Source: Candidatus Woesearchaeota archaeon (GTDB lineage Archaea > Nanobdellota > Nanobdellia > Woesearchaeales > ARS49). From it: a stretch of 64,000 bases of DNA. The DNA lies in the NCBI GenBank assembly GCA_038884975.1, contig JAWAAW010000001.1:18476-82475 (forward strand). The letters are read 5' to 3'. A program made the translations under genes and the position numbers. This document shows, one piece after another, positions 17,898 through 26,506 of this stretch. Position 1 is the first letter of the stretch; every line of letters starts with the position of its first letter. The notes under the pieces were generated by a model. The model was not told the origin of the DNA and did no database searches. It was given only the letters and a program-made list of their open reading frames with translations.

Positions 17898-18395
17898 TTA
17901 AATGTTTTGGTCGCCCGGCTTACTAGCAAGCTTTTCCTCAACAACCTCGCGGGCAATCTTTTCAGCATAGTCAGCAGTCACGAACTTCACAGGGTCCCAC
18001 AGCTCAATATAGCGCTTCATCACATCCATGTCACTTTTTCTTGCAGTAAGCCTCAACTCCTTGATGATTGTTATCACCCTGTCCTCAACCGCCTCAAGCT
18101 TGTGCCTGAGCTCGTCAATTTCCTCATTTGACAACTTTATCTCGCTTAATGTTTTTTTATGGTTGTTTAACATGTTTTGCTCAATGAAAAGAAGCTTTCT
18201 GCGCAGTTCGTTAAATCGCTCCTCATTGACCCTTATGCGCGAGGCAAGAGAATTAATCTGTTCAGCAAGACCAGTGACTTCTGGGCTTGGTCCTGGCGCT
18301 GGCTTTGTGCCACCAAAAAGCCTTTTTTTTGCAGGAGGGGTAGGCATTGCGCCAAATGCGTACTGGTCAGTGAAAGGCACAGCTTCATCAGCCAT
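17898..18395 (-). CDS. Soluble coiled-coil protein
   Basis: Heptad-rich (INSLASRIRVNEERFNELRRKLLFIEQN...EIDELRHKLEAVEDRV). No TM segment. Upstream of 17174..17857 on the same strand. Confidence 0.5.
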   Translation of the reverse strand: MADEAVPFTDQYAFGAMPTPPAKKRLFGGTKPAPGPSPEVTGLAEQINSLASRIRVNEERFNELRRKLLFIEQNMLNNHKKTLSEIKLSNEEIDELRHKLEAVEDRVITIIKELRLTARKSDMDVMKRYIELWDPVKFVTADYAEKIAREVVEEKLASKPGDQNI

Positions 18396-18538
18396 ACTTG
18401 AATGAAAAATGAGGATATACTTTAACTTTGTGGTGCTCTTGCCCAGTGGTCATTTATATTATAAAATATATATTTTCAGATTTCATATGTCAAGAAAACA
18501 CAAAATATATAAAATAATATGTTTGCACTGCGCCAAGG
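18396..18538. promoter_or_regulatory. AT-rich divergent promoter region between the coiled-coil operon and the RHH-ATPase operon
   Basis: TATA-like tracts tttatattataaaatatatatt and aaaatatataaaataat. The latter ends ~20-25 nt before the RHH ATG at 18539, consistent with a short-leader or leaderless archaeal transcript. Confidence 0.35.
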
Positions 18539-18682
18539 ATGAAAAAACCAATTTCGGCAACAATAGAGGAAGACCTCATTGCCTGGATTGACAAAAAGGT
18601 TGCAAAAGAGAGAAAAAGATTTCGAAACAAGTCGCACCTCATAGAAGTCGCACTTGAAAAACTGCGCGAGGAGGAAGACTGA
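18539..18682 (+). CDS. Ribbon-helix-helix (CopG/Arc/MetJ-type) protein, 47 aa, absent from the ORF track
   Basis: Translation MKKPISATIEEDLIAWIDKKVAKERKRFRNKSHLIEVALEKLREEED fits the strand-helix-helix pattern (xxISxxIEEDL ... RNKSHLIEVALEKL). Its TGA overlaps the ATG of the ATPase gene (TGATG). Confidence 0.7.
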   Translation: MKKPISATIEEDLIAWIDKKVAKERKRFRNKSHLIEVALEKLREEED

Positions 18683-20955
18683 TGGCAGCGAAATGCGGGG
18701 TAAGCGAAGTCATCAAGGAAGGAGAGGAAATCACTATCAGGATAGACTGCGAATCATGCCCATACTTCCCATCACTTGAAGACGACCCCCGAGTCATGGC
18801 AATGGTGATTGACACCCTTGCAGAAGCAGGAACAGCCACAAAAATCGTTCTTGTACAAAAGCGTGACTACGAGTACGACTACAACCAGACTGCAATGCTC
18901 ATAGAGATTGCAAAACTTTTCAAACAATTAAGCAAGGAAAGGCTTTCTGCAGGAATACTCGCAAACCCCCTGACCAGAAGATTTGTCGAAGCAAAATATA
19001 CCGAACTGCAAAACATAATCCACCGTTCTCTGAAATCCGACCCCCTTGGCGCCTATGTGGAACTGGTGCGAATAGCCCGCCGGGAACGAACCCAGCTAGA
19101 GCAAGGCGCCATACCCCGAGAAGGTGTACCCTGCATCCAAACTTTCTTGGGCTTGGTCGAGACCATCGTCAGCCGAATGGAAAAAACACGGCTGATAACT
19201 TTGGCCAAGCCCGCCCTGGCGGGTTACACCCTTGGAGACAGAGAGATTTACAGGCGATTCTTCTCCCCCCTCGTAAAGCCTGACTTCATGTATACCAAGC
19301 TTCAGGCAAGCTACCCTGCAGAAGGAGAGGAAATCGAAAGCTACGAGGTTGGCGAGAATGAAGTAACAATATTCTCAATACCACAAACAGTCCAGTACCT
19401 TTACCACCTCTCGCCGCCAGAATTCAAGCTCAACGAGGAAAAATACGAGCTCCTTGACGCGGCAAGAAAAATACTTGCAGAACACAAACCAAAACGCTCC
19501 GAATTCGTTGACCCTGAAAGAATGAGGCAAGTCTTCACAAACGTCGGAATGGATCTTCTTGAAGAACTTGCAGGATACAGGAACATAAGGCTCAGAGAAA
19601 AAGAACTTGAGGAACTCACAAAAATACTTGTGAAGTACACTGTCGGCTTCGGGCTTGTCGAGAACATTCTTGAAGACGAAAAAGTGCAGGACATCACAAT
19701 CAATAGCCCAATGGGAAGAACCCCTATTTTCATTGTCCACGCAGAATACGGGGACTGCATGACAAACATAATGCCCACAGTCACAGAAGCAGAAAGCTGG
19801 GCATCAAAGCTAAGAATGATTTCAGGAAGGCCATTGGACGAAGCAAACCCCATCCTTGACACAGAGCTTGTCCTCCCAACTGCAAGGGCAAGAGTTGCCG
19901 CAATCACTGCCCCACTGAATCCAACAGGACTCGCTTATGCATTGAGAAGACACAGGGACAAGCCATGGACTCTGCCCTTATTCATCAAAACAAAAATGAT
20001 GACCCCTCTTGCTGCAGGAATCATCAGCTTCCTTGTTGACGGCTCAAGAACAATACTAGTGGCAGGAACAAGGAGCGCAGGAAAAACATCTGTGCTCGGC
20101 AGCATAATGACAGAAATAATGAGAAAAGGCCGCATAGTCACAATTGAAGACACCCTTGAACTACCTGTTGACGCATTAAGAAAACTCAATTACAACATAC
20201 AAAGCATGAAAGTGGCAAGCGCGCTCACAAGAGGAACAACAGAAGTCAGCGCTGACGAGGGCATAAGAACAACCCTGCGCCTTGGCGATTCTTCCCTAAT
20301 AGTCGGAGAAGTCAGGAGTGTTGAAGCAAAAGCACTATATGAAGCAATGCGTGTCGGCGCACTTGCCAATGTGGTGGCAGGAACAATACACGGAGACAGC
20401 CCTTACGGCGTATTTGACAGGGTCGTGAATGATTTAGGAGTGCCAAAAACATCATTCAAGGCAACAGACATAATCATTGTTGCAAATCCCGTGCGTTCGC
20501 CTGACGGACTTCACAGGTTCAGGCGAATCACCCAAATAACAGAAGTAAGGAAGAAATGGGAAGAAGACCCCCTTACAGAAGGAGGTTTTGTTGATCTCAT
20601 GAAGTACGAAAGCAAAGACGACATGCTCCAAGCAAGCCGCGACCTGCTAGCAGGCGACAGCGACATAATAAAGGCAATTGCTGGCTCTGTAAGAGAATGG
20701 GCAGGCAACTGGGAAGCAGTCTGGGACAACATACTCCTAAGGGCAAACATCAAGCAGGAGCTTGTAAGCACTGCAGACAAGCTAAAAAGACCTGAACTGC
20801 TTGAGGCAAATTTCAGCGTGCTAGCAAATGATGAATTCCACCGCATAAGCGAAAGAATAAGAGAGGAAGTTGGAGCACTTGACAGCAAGAAAATCTTTGC
20901 GGAATGGTGCGAATGGCTCAAGCGCACAATCAAGAAGCCAATGGTTCTCGAATGA
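18682..20955 (+). CDS. Type II/IV secretion-family ATPase (FlaI/ArlI/PilB-like), 757 aa with long N-terminal extension
   Basis: Walker A AGTRSAGKTS, Asp box TIEDTLEL, Walker B LIVGEVR and His box GTIHGDSP. Confidence 0.85.
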   Translation: MAAKCGVSEVIKEGEEITIRIDCESCPYFPSLEDDPRVMAMVIDTLAEAGTATKIVLVQKRDYEYDYNQTAMLIEIAKLFKQLSKERLSAGILANPLTRRFVEAKYTELQNIIHRSLKSDPLGAYVELVRIARRERTQLEQGAIPREGVPCIQTFLGLVETIVSRMEKTRLITLAKPALAGYTLGDREIYRRFFSPLVKPDFMYTKLQASYPAEGEEIESYEVGENEVTIFSIPQTVQYLYHLSPPEFKLNEEKYELLDAARKILAEHKPKRSEFVDPERMRQVFTNVGMDLLEELAGYRNIRLREKELEELTKILVKYTVGFGLVENILEDEKVQDITINSPMGRTPIFIVHAEYGDCMTNIMPTVTEAESWASKLRMISGRPLDEANPILDTELVLPTARARVAAITAPLNPTGLAYALRRHRDKPWTLPLFIKTKMMTPLAAGIISFLVDGSRTILVAGTRSAGKTSVLGSIMTEIMRKGRIVTIEDTLELPVDALRKLNYNIQSMKVASALTRGTTEVSADEGIRTTLRLGDSSLIVGEVRSVEAKALYEAMRVGALANVVAGTIHGDSPYGVFDRVVNDLGVPKTSFKATDIIIVANPVRSPDGLHRFRRITQITEVRKKWEEDPLTEGGFVDLMKYESKDDMLQASRDLLAGDSDIIKAIAGSVREWAGNWEAVWDNILLRANIKQELVSTADKLKRPELLEANFSVLANDEFHRISERIREEVGALDSKKIFAEWCEWLKRTIKKPMVLE

Positions 20956-23105
20956 GCAACAACAAACTTCCAGCGGACCTAGTACAAAAATACAAGCAGA
21001 AACTACAAAGCCAGCTGGACCTCTCAACTGCAGAACCAATTCCTGTAGTAAGCAGGGAGTACAAGACATTCAAGCAGGAATCAATGCCGGGTCACATGAG
21101 CGTCTACGAAAAGGGATGCAACTTTGCAGGCAGACTTCTTAAAATCAGAGTTGACCCAAAAAGGGCGCAAGAACTGCAAGAATCAATTGACATCGCCCAC
21201 CTGAACATAACCCCTTCAGGAGTTATTGCCTTCAGCGTCGTCTTCCCCCTCGCGTATATAATATTTGGTTGCCTGCTCAGTCTTGCAATCGCAACATCAT
21301 TGTTTTTCACACTATTCTTCCTCGTATCCGGAATCACCCTCATGATTGTATTTGGAAAATACCCAATGTTCCTGGCAAACAACTGGCGCATGAAAGCAAG
21401 CAACCAAATGGTGCTCTGCGTGTTCTACGTTGTCACGTACATGCGCCACACAAGCAACCTCGAGCTTGCAATAGAATTCGCATCAGAACACCTCACCCCG
21501 CCATTGGCGCTTGACCTGAAAAAAATATTGTGGGATGTTGAAACCCAAAAGTATGAAAGCGTCAAAGAAAGCCTTGAAATGTATCTTGAAACGTGGAGGA
21601 AATGGAACAATGAATTTGTTGAGGCATTCCACCTAATAGTGAGTTCGCTTTACGAAACATCAGAAGAAAGAAGGCTCGCTCTTCTTGACAAGTCGCTTGA
21701 CGTCATACTTGAGGAAACGTACGAGAGAATGCTGCATTATGCACAAAACCTCAAGGGACCAATCACAATGATTCACATGCTCGGAGTAATACTACCAATC
21801 CTCGGGCTAGTTATACTGCCGCTCGTGGTAAGCTTTATGAGCAATGTTAAATGGTACCACATTGCAACCCTTTATAACATAATACTGCCTGTTGTCGTGT
21901 ATTTGCTTGGAAAGAACGTTCTCAGCCGGCGTCCCACAGGATATGGAGACACAGACATCGCAGAACTCAATCCCGCGCTCAAGAAATACCGAAACATAGT
22001 AATAAGGCTTGGCAATACAGAACTGCAAATAAACCCCATCTTCATCTGCGCAATCATCGGAGGCCTGTTTTTACTCCTCGCCCTTATTCCAGTAATACTC
22101 CACACAATACAACCAGACCTAAGCTATGACATTTCATTACCTTTTGACTGGAAACTGCTTGAATACCGCCAAAACACTGAAACAGGCGAAATAATAGGTC
22201 CTTTCGGAATGGGCGCATCACTCCTAAGCCTTGCATTCCCCCTTGCCCTCGCATTCGGAATCGGCCTTTATTTCAAGATGCGGTCGCAGAACGTGATAAA
22301 GATAAGGGAACAGACAAAAAAACTTGAAGACGAGTTCGCAAGCGCGCTCTTCCAACTCGGAAACAGGCTCGGCGACGGCCTGCCTGCAGAGATTGCATTT
22401 GCAAAGGTAGCAGAAGTAATGCCTGACACCGTAAGCGGGCACTTTTTTGAGGTCGTTGCCACAAACATCATGAAGCTTGGAATGGGAGTCAAAGAAGCCT
22501 TATTCAATCCCAGAACAGGCGCGCTCGTGTACTTCCCAAGCAACGTAATCCAAAGCTCAATGAAAGTGCTGGTGGAAAGCATCAAGAAAGGACCTGCAAT
22601 AGCTGCGCAGGCACTTCTCAACGTGGCAAGATACATCAAAGAAATCCACAAAGTAAACGAACGCCTAAAGGACCTTATGGCAGACGTCATTTCAGACATG
22701 AAGTCACAAATAAGCTTTTTGACGCCGGCAATAGCAGGGATAGTAATAGCAATAACAAGCATGATAACCTTCATCCTCGGCTCGCTCACATCAAACATCC
22801 AAAACCTCGGCGCAACAGAACTCGCAGGCAAGATGAGCGACATTGCAGGAATGTTCGGAATGGGAGTCCCAACATACTACTTCCAACTCGTTGTGGGGGT
22901 TTATGTGTTCGAAATAGTATTCATCCTCACAATAATGGCAAATGGAATTGAGAACGGAGCTGACAAACTGCAGGAAAAATATAACCTGGGAGCAAACCTC
23001 ATCAAGAGCACAATGCTTTACTGCATGCTCAGCTTCATAATGATGATAATATTCAACATGATTGCCTCACGCATAGTTGGCGTTGCAGGAGTCATGGCTG
23101 GATAA
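20952..23105 (+). CDS. FlaJ/ArlJ/TadC-like polytopic platform protein (two T2SS-F-like helical domains)
   Basis: Start set at the ATG 20952 (ATGA overlap with the ATPase stop). Two cytoplasmic helical modules (ELAIEFASEHLTPPLALDLKKILWDVE... and EDEFASALFQLGNRLGDGLPAEIAFAKVAE...) are separated by TM blocks. Confidence 0.75.
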   Translation: MSNNKLPADLVQKYKQKLQSQLDLSTAEPIPVVSREYKTFKQESMPGHMSVYEKGCNFAGRLLKIRVDPKRAQELQESIDIAHLNITPSGVIAFSVVFPLAYIIFGCLLSLAIATSLFFTLFFLVSGITLMIVFGKYPMFLANNWRMKASNQMVLCVFYVVTYMRHTSNLELAIEFASEHLTPPLALDLKKILWDVETQKYESVKESLEMYLETWRKWNNEFVEAFHLIVSSLYETSEERRLALLDKSLDVILEETYERMLHYAQNLKGPITMIHMLGVILPILGLVILPLVVSFMSNVKWYHIATLYNIILPVVVYLLGKNVLSRRPTGYGDTDIAELNPALKKYRNIVIRLGNTELQINPIFICAIIGGLFLLLALIPVILHTIQPDLSYDISLPFDWKLLEYRQNTETGEIIGPFGMGASLLSLAFPLALAFGIGLYFKMRSQNVIKIREQTKKLEDEFASALFQLGNRLGDGLPAEIAFAKVAEVMPDTVSGHFFEVVATNIMKLGMGVKEALFNPRTGALVYFPSNVIQSSMKVLVESIKKGPAIAAQALLNVARYIKEIHKVNERLKDLMADVISDMKSQISFLTPAIAGIVIAITSMITFILGSLTSNIQNLGATELAGKMSDIAGMFGMGVPTYYFQLVVGVYVFEIVFILTIMANGIENGADKLQEKYNLGANLIKSTMLYCMLSFIMMIIFNMIASRIVGVAGVMAG

Positions 23106-23118
23106 AAGAATTATAAAA

Positions 23119-23233
23119 TGGGAGCGGTGAGATTTGAACTCACGACCCCACGGTAACAGAGGACCGCAAAGCCCGCTTCAGCCGTCTAAGCCAACCTTTT
23201 GGGCTGAGTGCTCTCCCGCTGAGCTACGCTCCC
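23119..23233 (-). tRNA. tRNA gene with ~43 nt of extra sequence between D and T arms (intron-containing); isotype unresolved, best guess Phe(GAA)
   Basis: Canonical acceptor GGGAGCG/CGCUCCC with discriminator A, D arm GCUC-AGCGGGA-GAGC and T arm GUGAG-UUCAAAU-CUCAC. The internal 66 nt contain a perfect arm AGCCC...CUGAAGC-GGGCU plus a second hairpin GCGGU-CCUCUGUU-ACCGU. Confidence 0.7.
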
Positions 23234-23277
23234 ATCAAGCAACCATTTCACTCTAAGCCCTTTAAAAGTCTTTTGCT

Positions 23278-24774
23278 TCAAATCTGGCTGAAGCGCGTCT
23301 GACCTGTATAGAGTTCGTAAAGAATATTCTTCAAGTCCTTTATTTTTATGCGTTTCTGCTCTGTCGTGTCGCGATCACGCAGAGTCAAGTCCTCATTCTT
23401 AAGGCTATCAAAGTCTATCGTTACAGCCCACGGACAGCCAATCTCATCCATCCTCGCATAGCGCTTCCCAATGCTGCCTGACTCATCGTAAAATGCATCA
23501 AAGCACTTCAGCACTTCATAAACCTCCTTTGCCTTTTTCTTAAGCTCATCCTTGTTGCTAAGCAATGGGAAAACCGCAACAGTCAAAGGAGCGAGCAAAG
23601 GCTTTATTCCAAGAACAATGCGCTTTTCATTGTTCTTTTCCTCTTCCCTATAAGCATGCTCGAGGACTGCATAAAAGGTACGGTCAAGCCCTATCGAGAT
23701 TTCCCATACGTGTGGGATTATTTTTTTGCCATCAGGATAAACATAGCTCAAGTCCTGCTTGCTTCCTGCTGCGTGCCCTTTCAGGTCATAGTCAGTGCGG
23801 TTGTTGTTAGCCACAAGCTCAACCCAACCAAGGCTTGTTTCGACCTCAAAATCCCATGTTTCTTTTGAGTAGAACGGACGTTCATCACTTCCCACTTCCC
23901 TGAAGCGCATTTTTTCCCGCGGAATTCCAAGGGACTCAAAAAAGCGCTGCGTATGAGCCAAATAATACGCAATAAGCTTGCCTGACACAATGCCCTTGTC
24001 AACAAGCGAACGAGCCAAAACACTTTCAATTTTATCAGAGCCAATGCGCATTATCTGCACAGGATGGTCTTTTATTTCATCAAAACCCTCAACCTCATTT
24101 ATTGCAACTGGATCAAAAAACACCTCTGCCTCCATTTGCGAGAACTCAACCTGCCTGAGTAAGGTCTGCCGTGGAGAAATTTCGTTCCTAAAACTCCTAC
24201 CCACCTGCGCAACACCCTGCGGAAGCTTTATTCTCATAGTTTTCATCAATCTCTGCCAATCACAGAAAATACTCTGGCACGTCTCAGGGCGCAAATAAGT
24301 GTCTGCCTTTGTTGAAACACCCACTTCTGTGCGGACCATCATGTTAAACCGCCTAACTGCTCCAAGGGCTCCCTTGCACTTGGGGCATGTAAGCTTGTGA
24401 GCCTGTATTTCCCTGTCAAATTGCTCATTGCTCATTGCTTCAGGATAATGTTCTCCTGTCGCATCCTCAAGCAGTTTGTCCGCACGGTGGATTGTGTTAC
24501 ATTTTGAACACTGTGTGACAGGGTCATTGAAAGAAGCCAAGTGTCCTGAACTCTTGAAAACATCAGCAGGCATTATCTGACAGCCGTAAATCTCAAGCAT
24601 CCCTGTCTTCTGAACAAGCTCCTTTCGCCAAACATCAATGATTTTCCTTCTTATTGTTGCTCCGTAAGGACCAAAATCATAGAATCCTGCAGGAGCATTT
24701 GCATAAATCTCGCTGGCAGGGAAAAAAATTCCCCTGCGCAATGCCCAGTTGACAACATCATCATATCTTGACAT
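23278..24774 (-). CDS. glyS: Glycyl-tRNA synthetase (alpha2 archaeal/eukaryotic type)
   Basis: N-terminus RRGIFFPASEIYANAPAGFYDFGPYG, class II core, C-terminal anticodon-binding domain. Confidence 0.85.
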   Translation of the reverse strand: MSRYDDVVNWALRRGIFFPASEIYANAPAGFYDFGPYGATIRRKIIDVWRKELVQKTGMLEIYGCQIMPADVFKSSGHLASFNDPVTQCSKCNTIHRADKLLEDATGEHYPEAMSNEQFDREIQAHKLTCPKCKGALGAVRRFNMMVRTEVGVSTKADTYLRPETCQSIFCDWQRLMKTMRIKLPQGVAQVGRSFRNEISPRQTLLRQVEFSQMEAEVFFDPVAINEVEGFDEIKDHPVQIMRIGSDKIESVLARSLVDKGIVSGKLIAYYLAHTQRFFESLGIPREKMRFREVGSDERPFYSKETWDFEVETSLGWVELVANNNRTDYDLKGHAAGSKQDLSYVYPDGKKIIPHVWEISIGLDRTFYAVLEHAYREEEKNNEKRIVLGIKPLLAPLTVAVFPLLSNKDELKKKAKEVYEVLKCFDAFYDESGSIGKRYARMDEIGCPWAVTIDFDSLKNEDLTLRDRDTTEQKRIKIKDLKNILYELYTGQTRFSQI

Positions 24775-24817
24775 AATGTTTTGGGAATTAGGTCTGCTTA
24801 AAAAGCTTTCCCGAACA

Positions 24818-26029
24818 CTACTTTACCAACCACTGCATTTCCTCCTCATCAAGGTCAAGCTCTTCTGCCAAAAGTTTTGCCTGTTCTGGCTGGTTTTTTG
24901 CAATAACCTGCAGCATTGGCAGTGTTTGTTGTATTGCTGTTGAAGACGAGCAGTGAGTTACTTTTGCAACTTTCTGAGCAATATTCTTGCGCTTATTGTA
25001 AATCATGTTTGCCCGCCAGATTTTAAGCAACCTTGTTGTCTGTTCATATTCAGGCGGGCTTTTTGATCTGGCATCCTTTGCAACAGCAACCCCTGCTGTT
25101 ATAAGCTCAAAAATGTGGCTGAGGAAGCGCCAGTGCTGCTGCCTTTTAATCCTTCCCCTGAAAACATCCGCCCTGCTCAAGATATCATAAGCCCTATCCC
25201 TATCATGCGGGTCGGAATATTCCTTCGCAAGATTGTGGTCCAGCCAATGAAAAATCTCGTCAATGTCCGTGTCTGTATTGTCAAAAGCGCCCAGCGCAAG
25301 TGCGGGGTCTGAGTTCCTGAAAACCTTGATAAGCGCATTCCTGATTTGTTCAAGCCTGTTTCTCTCACCAAGGGTTTCAAGGCTTTTTTGAGTTATTCTT
25401 CCACCTTGGCTCAGCAATTGAAAGTCATTTATTGCAGAACGCAAGTCACCACCTGACCGCCTGGCTATTGACTTGAGGACATCAGGCTCTGCCTCAAGAC
25501 CTTCCTTTTTGCAAATTTCCTGAAGTATTCCCGCGATTGCATCAGCAGAAAGTGCTGGAAACTCAACAAGCACAGACTTGCTCCTGAGAGTTGAGAACCT
25601 CCTGTCCCAAGGGTCCTGGGCAGTCAGGATTATAGGAAAACTTGATTTTGCAATCAGGTCAACAAGCGCAGGAATGCCTCCACGATCATCACTTCCCGAA
25701 ACTCCATCTATCTCGTCAACAAGGAAAAGCTTGCCTGCAAAGAACAATGAACGCTGCTTCAATGCATTCCCAAGCCTCTCGTTAATCTGCTCTTCATTGC
25801 GAACATCAGAGGCATTAAGCTCAACAATCTCCCAATTCAAGTCCTTTGCAAGGGCGTGGACAGCGCAGCTCTTACATGTTCCTGAAGGACCATAAAGGAG
25901 CATGGCCCTCTTTTTCTGTCTCGCAAAATTTTTAACAAACTTCTCAAGTGCGGCAATTCCGTCAGGCTGCGGAACAGACTTCAAAGTAGAAGGCCTGTAA
26001 TGATGAATCCATAAACGACTCTCCCCCAT
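24818..26029 (-). CDS. rfcL: Replication factor C large subunit
   Basis: Start trimmed to MGESRLWIHHYRP. Walker A GPSGTCKS, Walker B LVDEIDG, and an RFC-box-like N-terminus. Confidence 0.8.
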   Translation of the reverse strand: MGESRLWIHHYRPSTLKSVPQPDGIAALEKFVKNFARQKKRAMLLYGPSGTCKSCAVHALAKDLNWEIVELNASDVRNEEQINERLGNALKQRSLFFAGKLFLVDEIDGVSGSDDRGGIPALVDLIAKSSFPIILTAQDPWDRRFSTLRSKSVLVEFPALSADAIAGILQEICKKEGLEAEPDVLKSIARRSGGDLRSAINDFQLLSQGGRITQKSLETLGERNRLEQIRNALIKVFRNSDPALALGAFDNTDTDIDEIFHWLDHNLAKEYSDPHDRDRAYDILSRADVFRGRIKRQQHWRFLSHIFELITAGVAVAKDARSKSPPEYEQTTRLLKIWRANMIYNKRKNIAQKVAKVTHCSSSTAIQQTLPMLQVIAKNQPEQAKLLAEELDLDEEEMQWLVK

Positions 26030-26110
26030 AAAAAAACACTTTAATAACACTTATTTATAAGACTTATTGGCTCGAAACCTATAAAAACAAGCATTTAATG
26101 ATGTGTTTTA

Positions 26111-26506
26111 ATGAAGACTGTGCCACTAAGATTTATCAGCGCAGAAGTTGCATCATACAATGCGCGTGATGAGCACCTTGAAATCAAGATTCTGCTAAAC
26201 GATGGAAAGGACAAGCAAATGATAAAGCAACTTCATATTGAAGACCCTTCAGGGCAAGCAAATGAAATACTCAGGGAAGTCAGGGAAAAACTCAAGAAGG
26301 CACACTCGTCAGGACCAAACTATGACGACAATCCATTGAGTGGCATTGTCAACATCAGACTCTTGCAGGATGAGGAACTCGTGGAAGAACGGCTTGCCAA
26401 GTTCATCGCTGCACTGAAAGAAAAAATCAGGAATGCAAAAAGAAAAAATATAAGCTATTACGACCTTGAACAACAAGTGAGACTTTTGAAGACTGGTTTT
26501 GGTTAG
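26111..26506 (+). CDS. Hypothetical protein
   Basis: 131-aa ORF with no recognisable motif. Converges on valS with a 4-nt overlap. Confidence 0.4.
   Translation: MKTVPLRFISAEVASYNARDEHLEIKILLNDGKDKQMIKQLHIEDPSGQANEILREVREKLKKAHSSGPNYDDNPLSGIVNIRLLQDEELVEERLAKFIAALKEKIRNAKRKNISYYDLEQQVRLLKTGFG

Noticed and set aside
18409-18591. A 60-aa plus-strand ORF (MRIYFNFVVLLPSGHLYYKIY...) in the divergent promoter region.
   Set aside because: It is AT-rich promoter sequence translated. A different frame starting at 18539 gives a clean RHH protein that is stop/start-coupled to the ATPase gene.
18682-23105. Interpreting the ATPase/platform pair as an archaellum (motility) operon.
   Set aside because: No archaellin genes, FlaF/FlaG, FlaH (KaiC-like) or FlaX/FlaCDE with recognisable motifs are adjacent. 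A pilus-type system is more consistent, although absence from this window does not mean absence from the genome.
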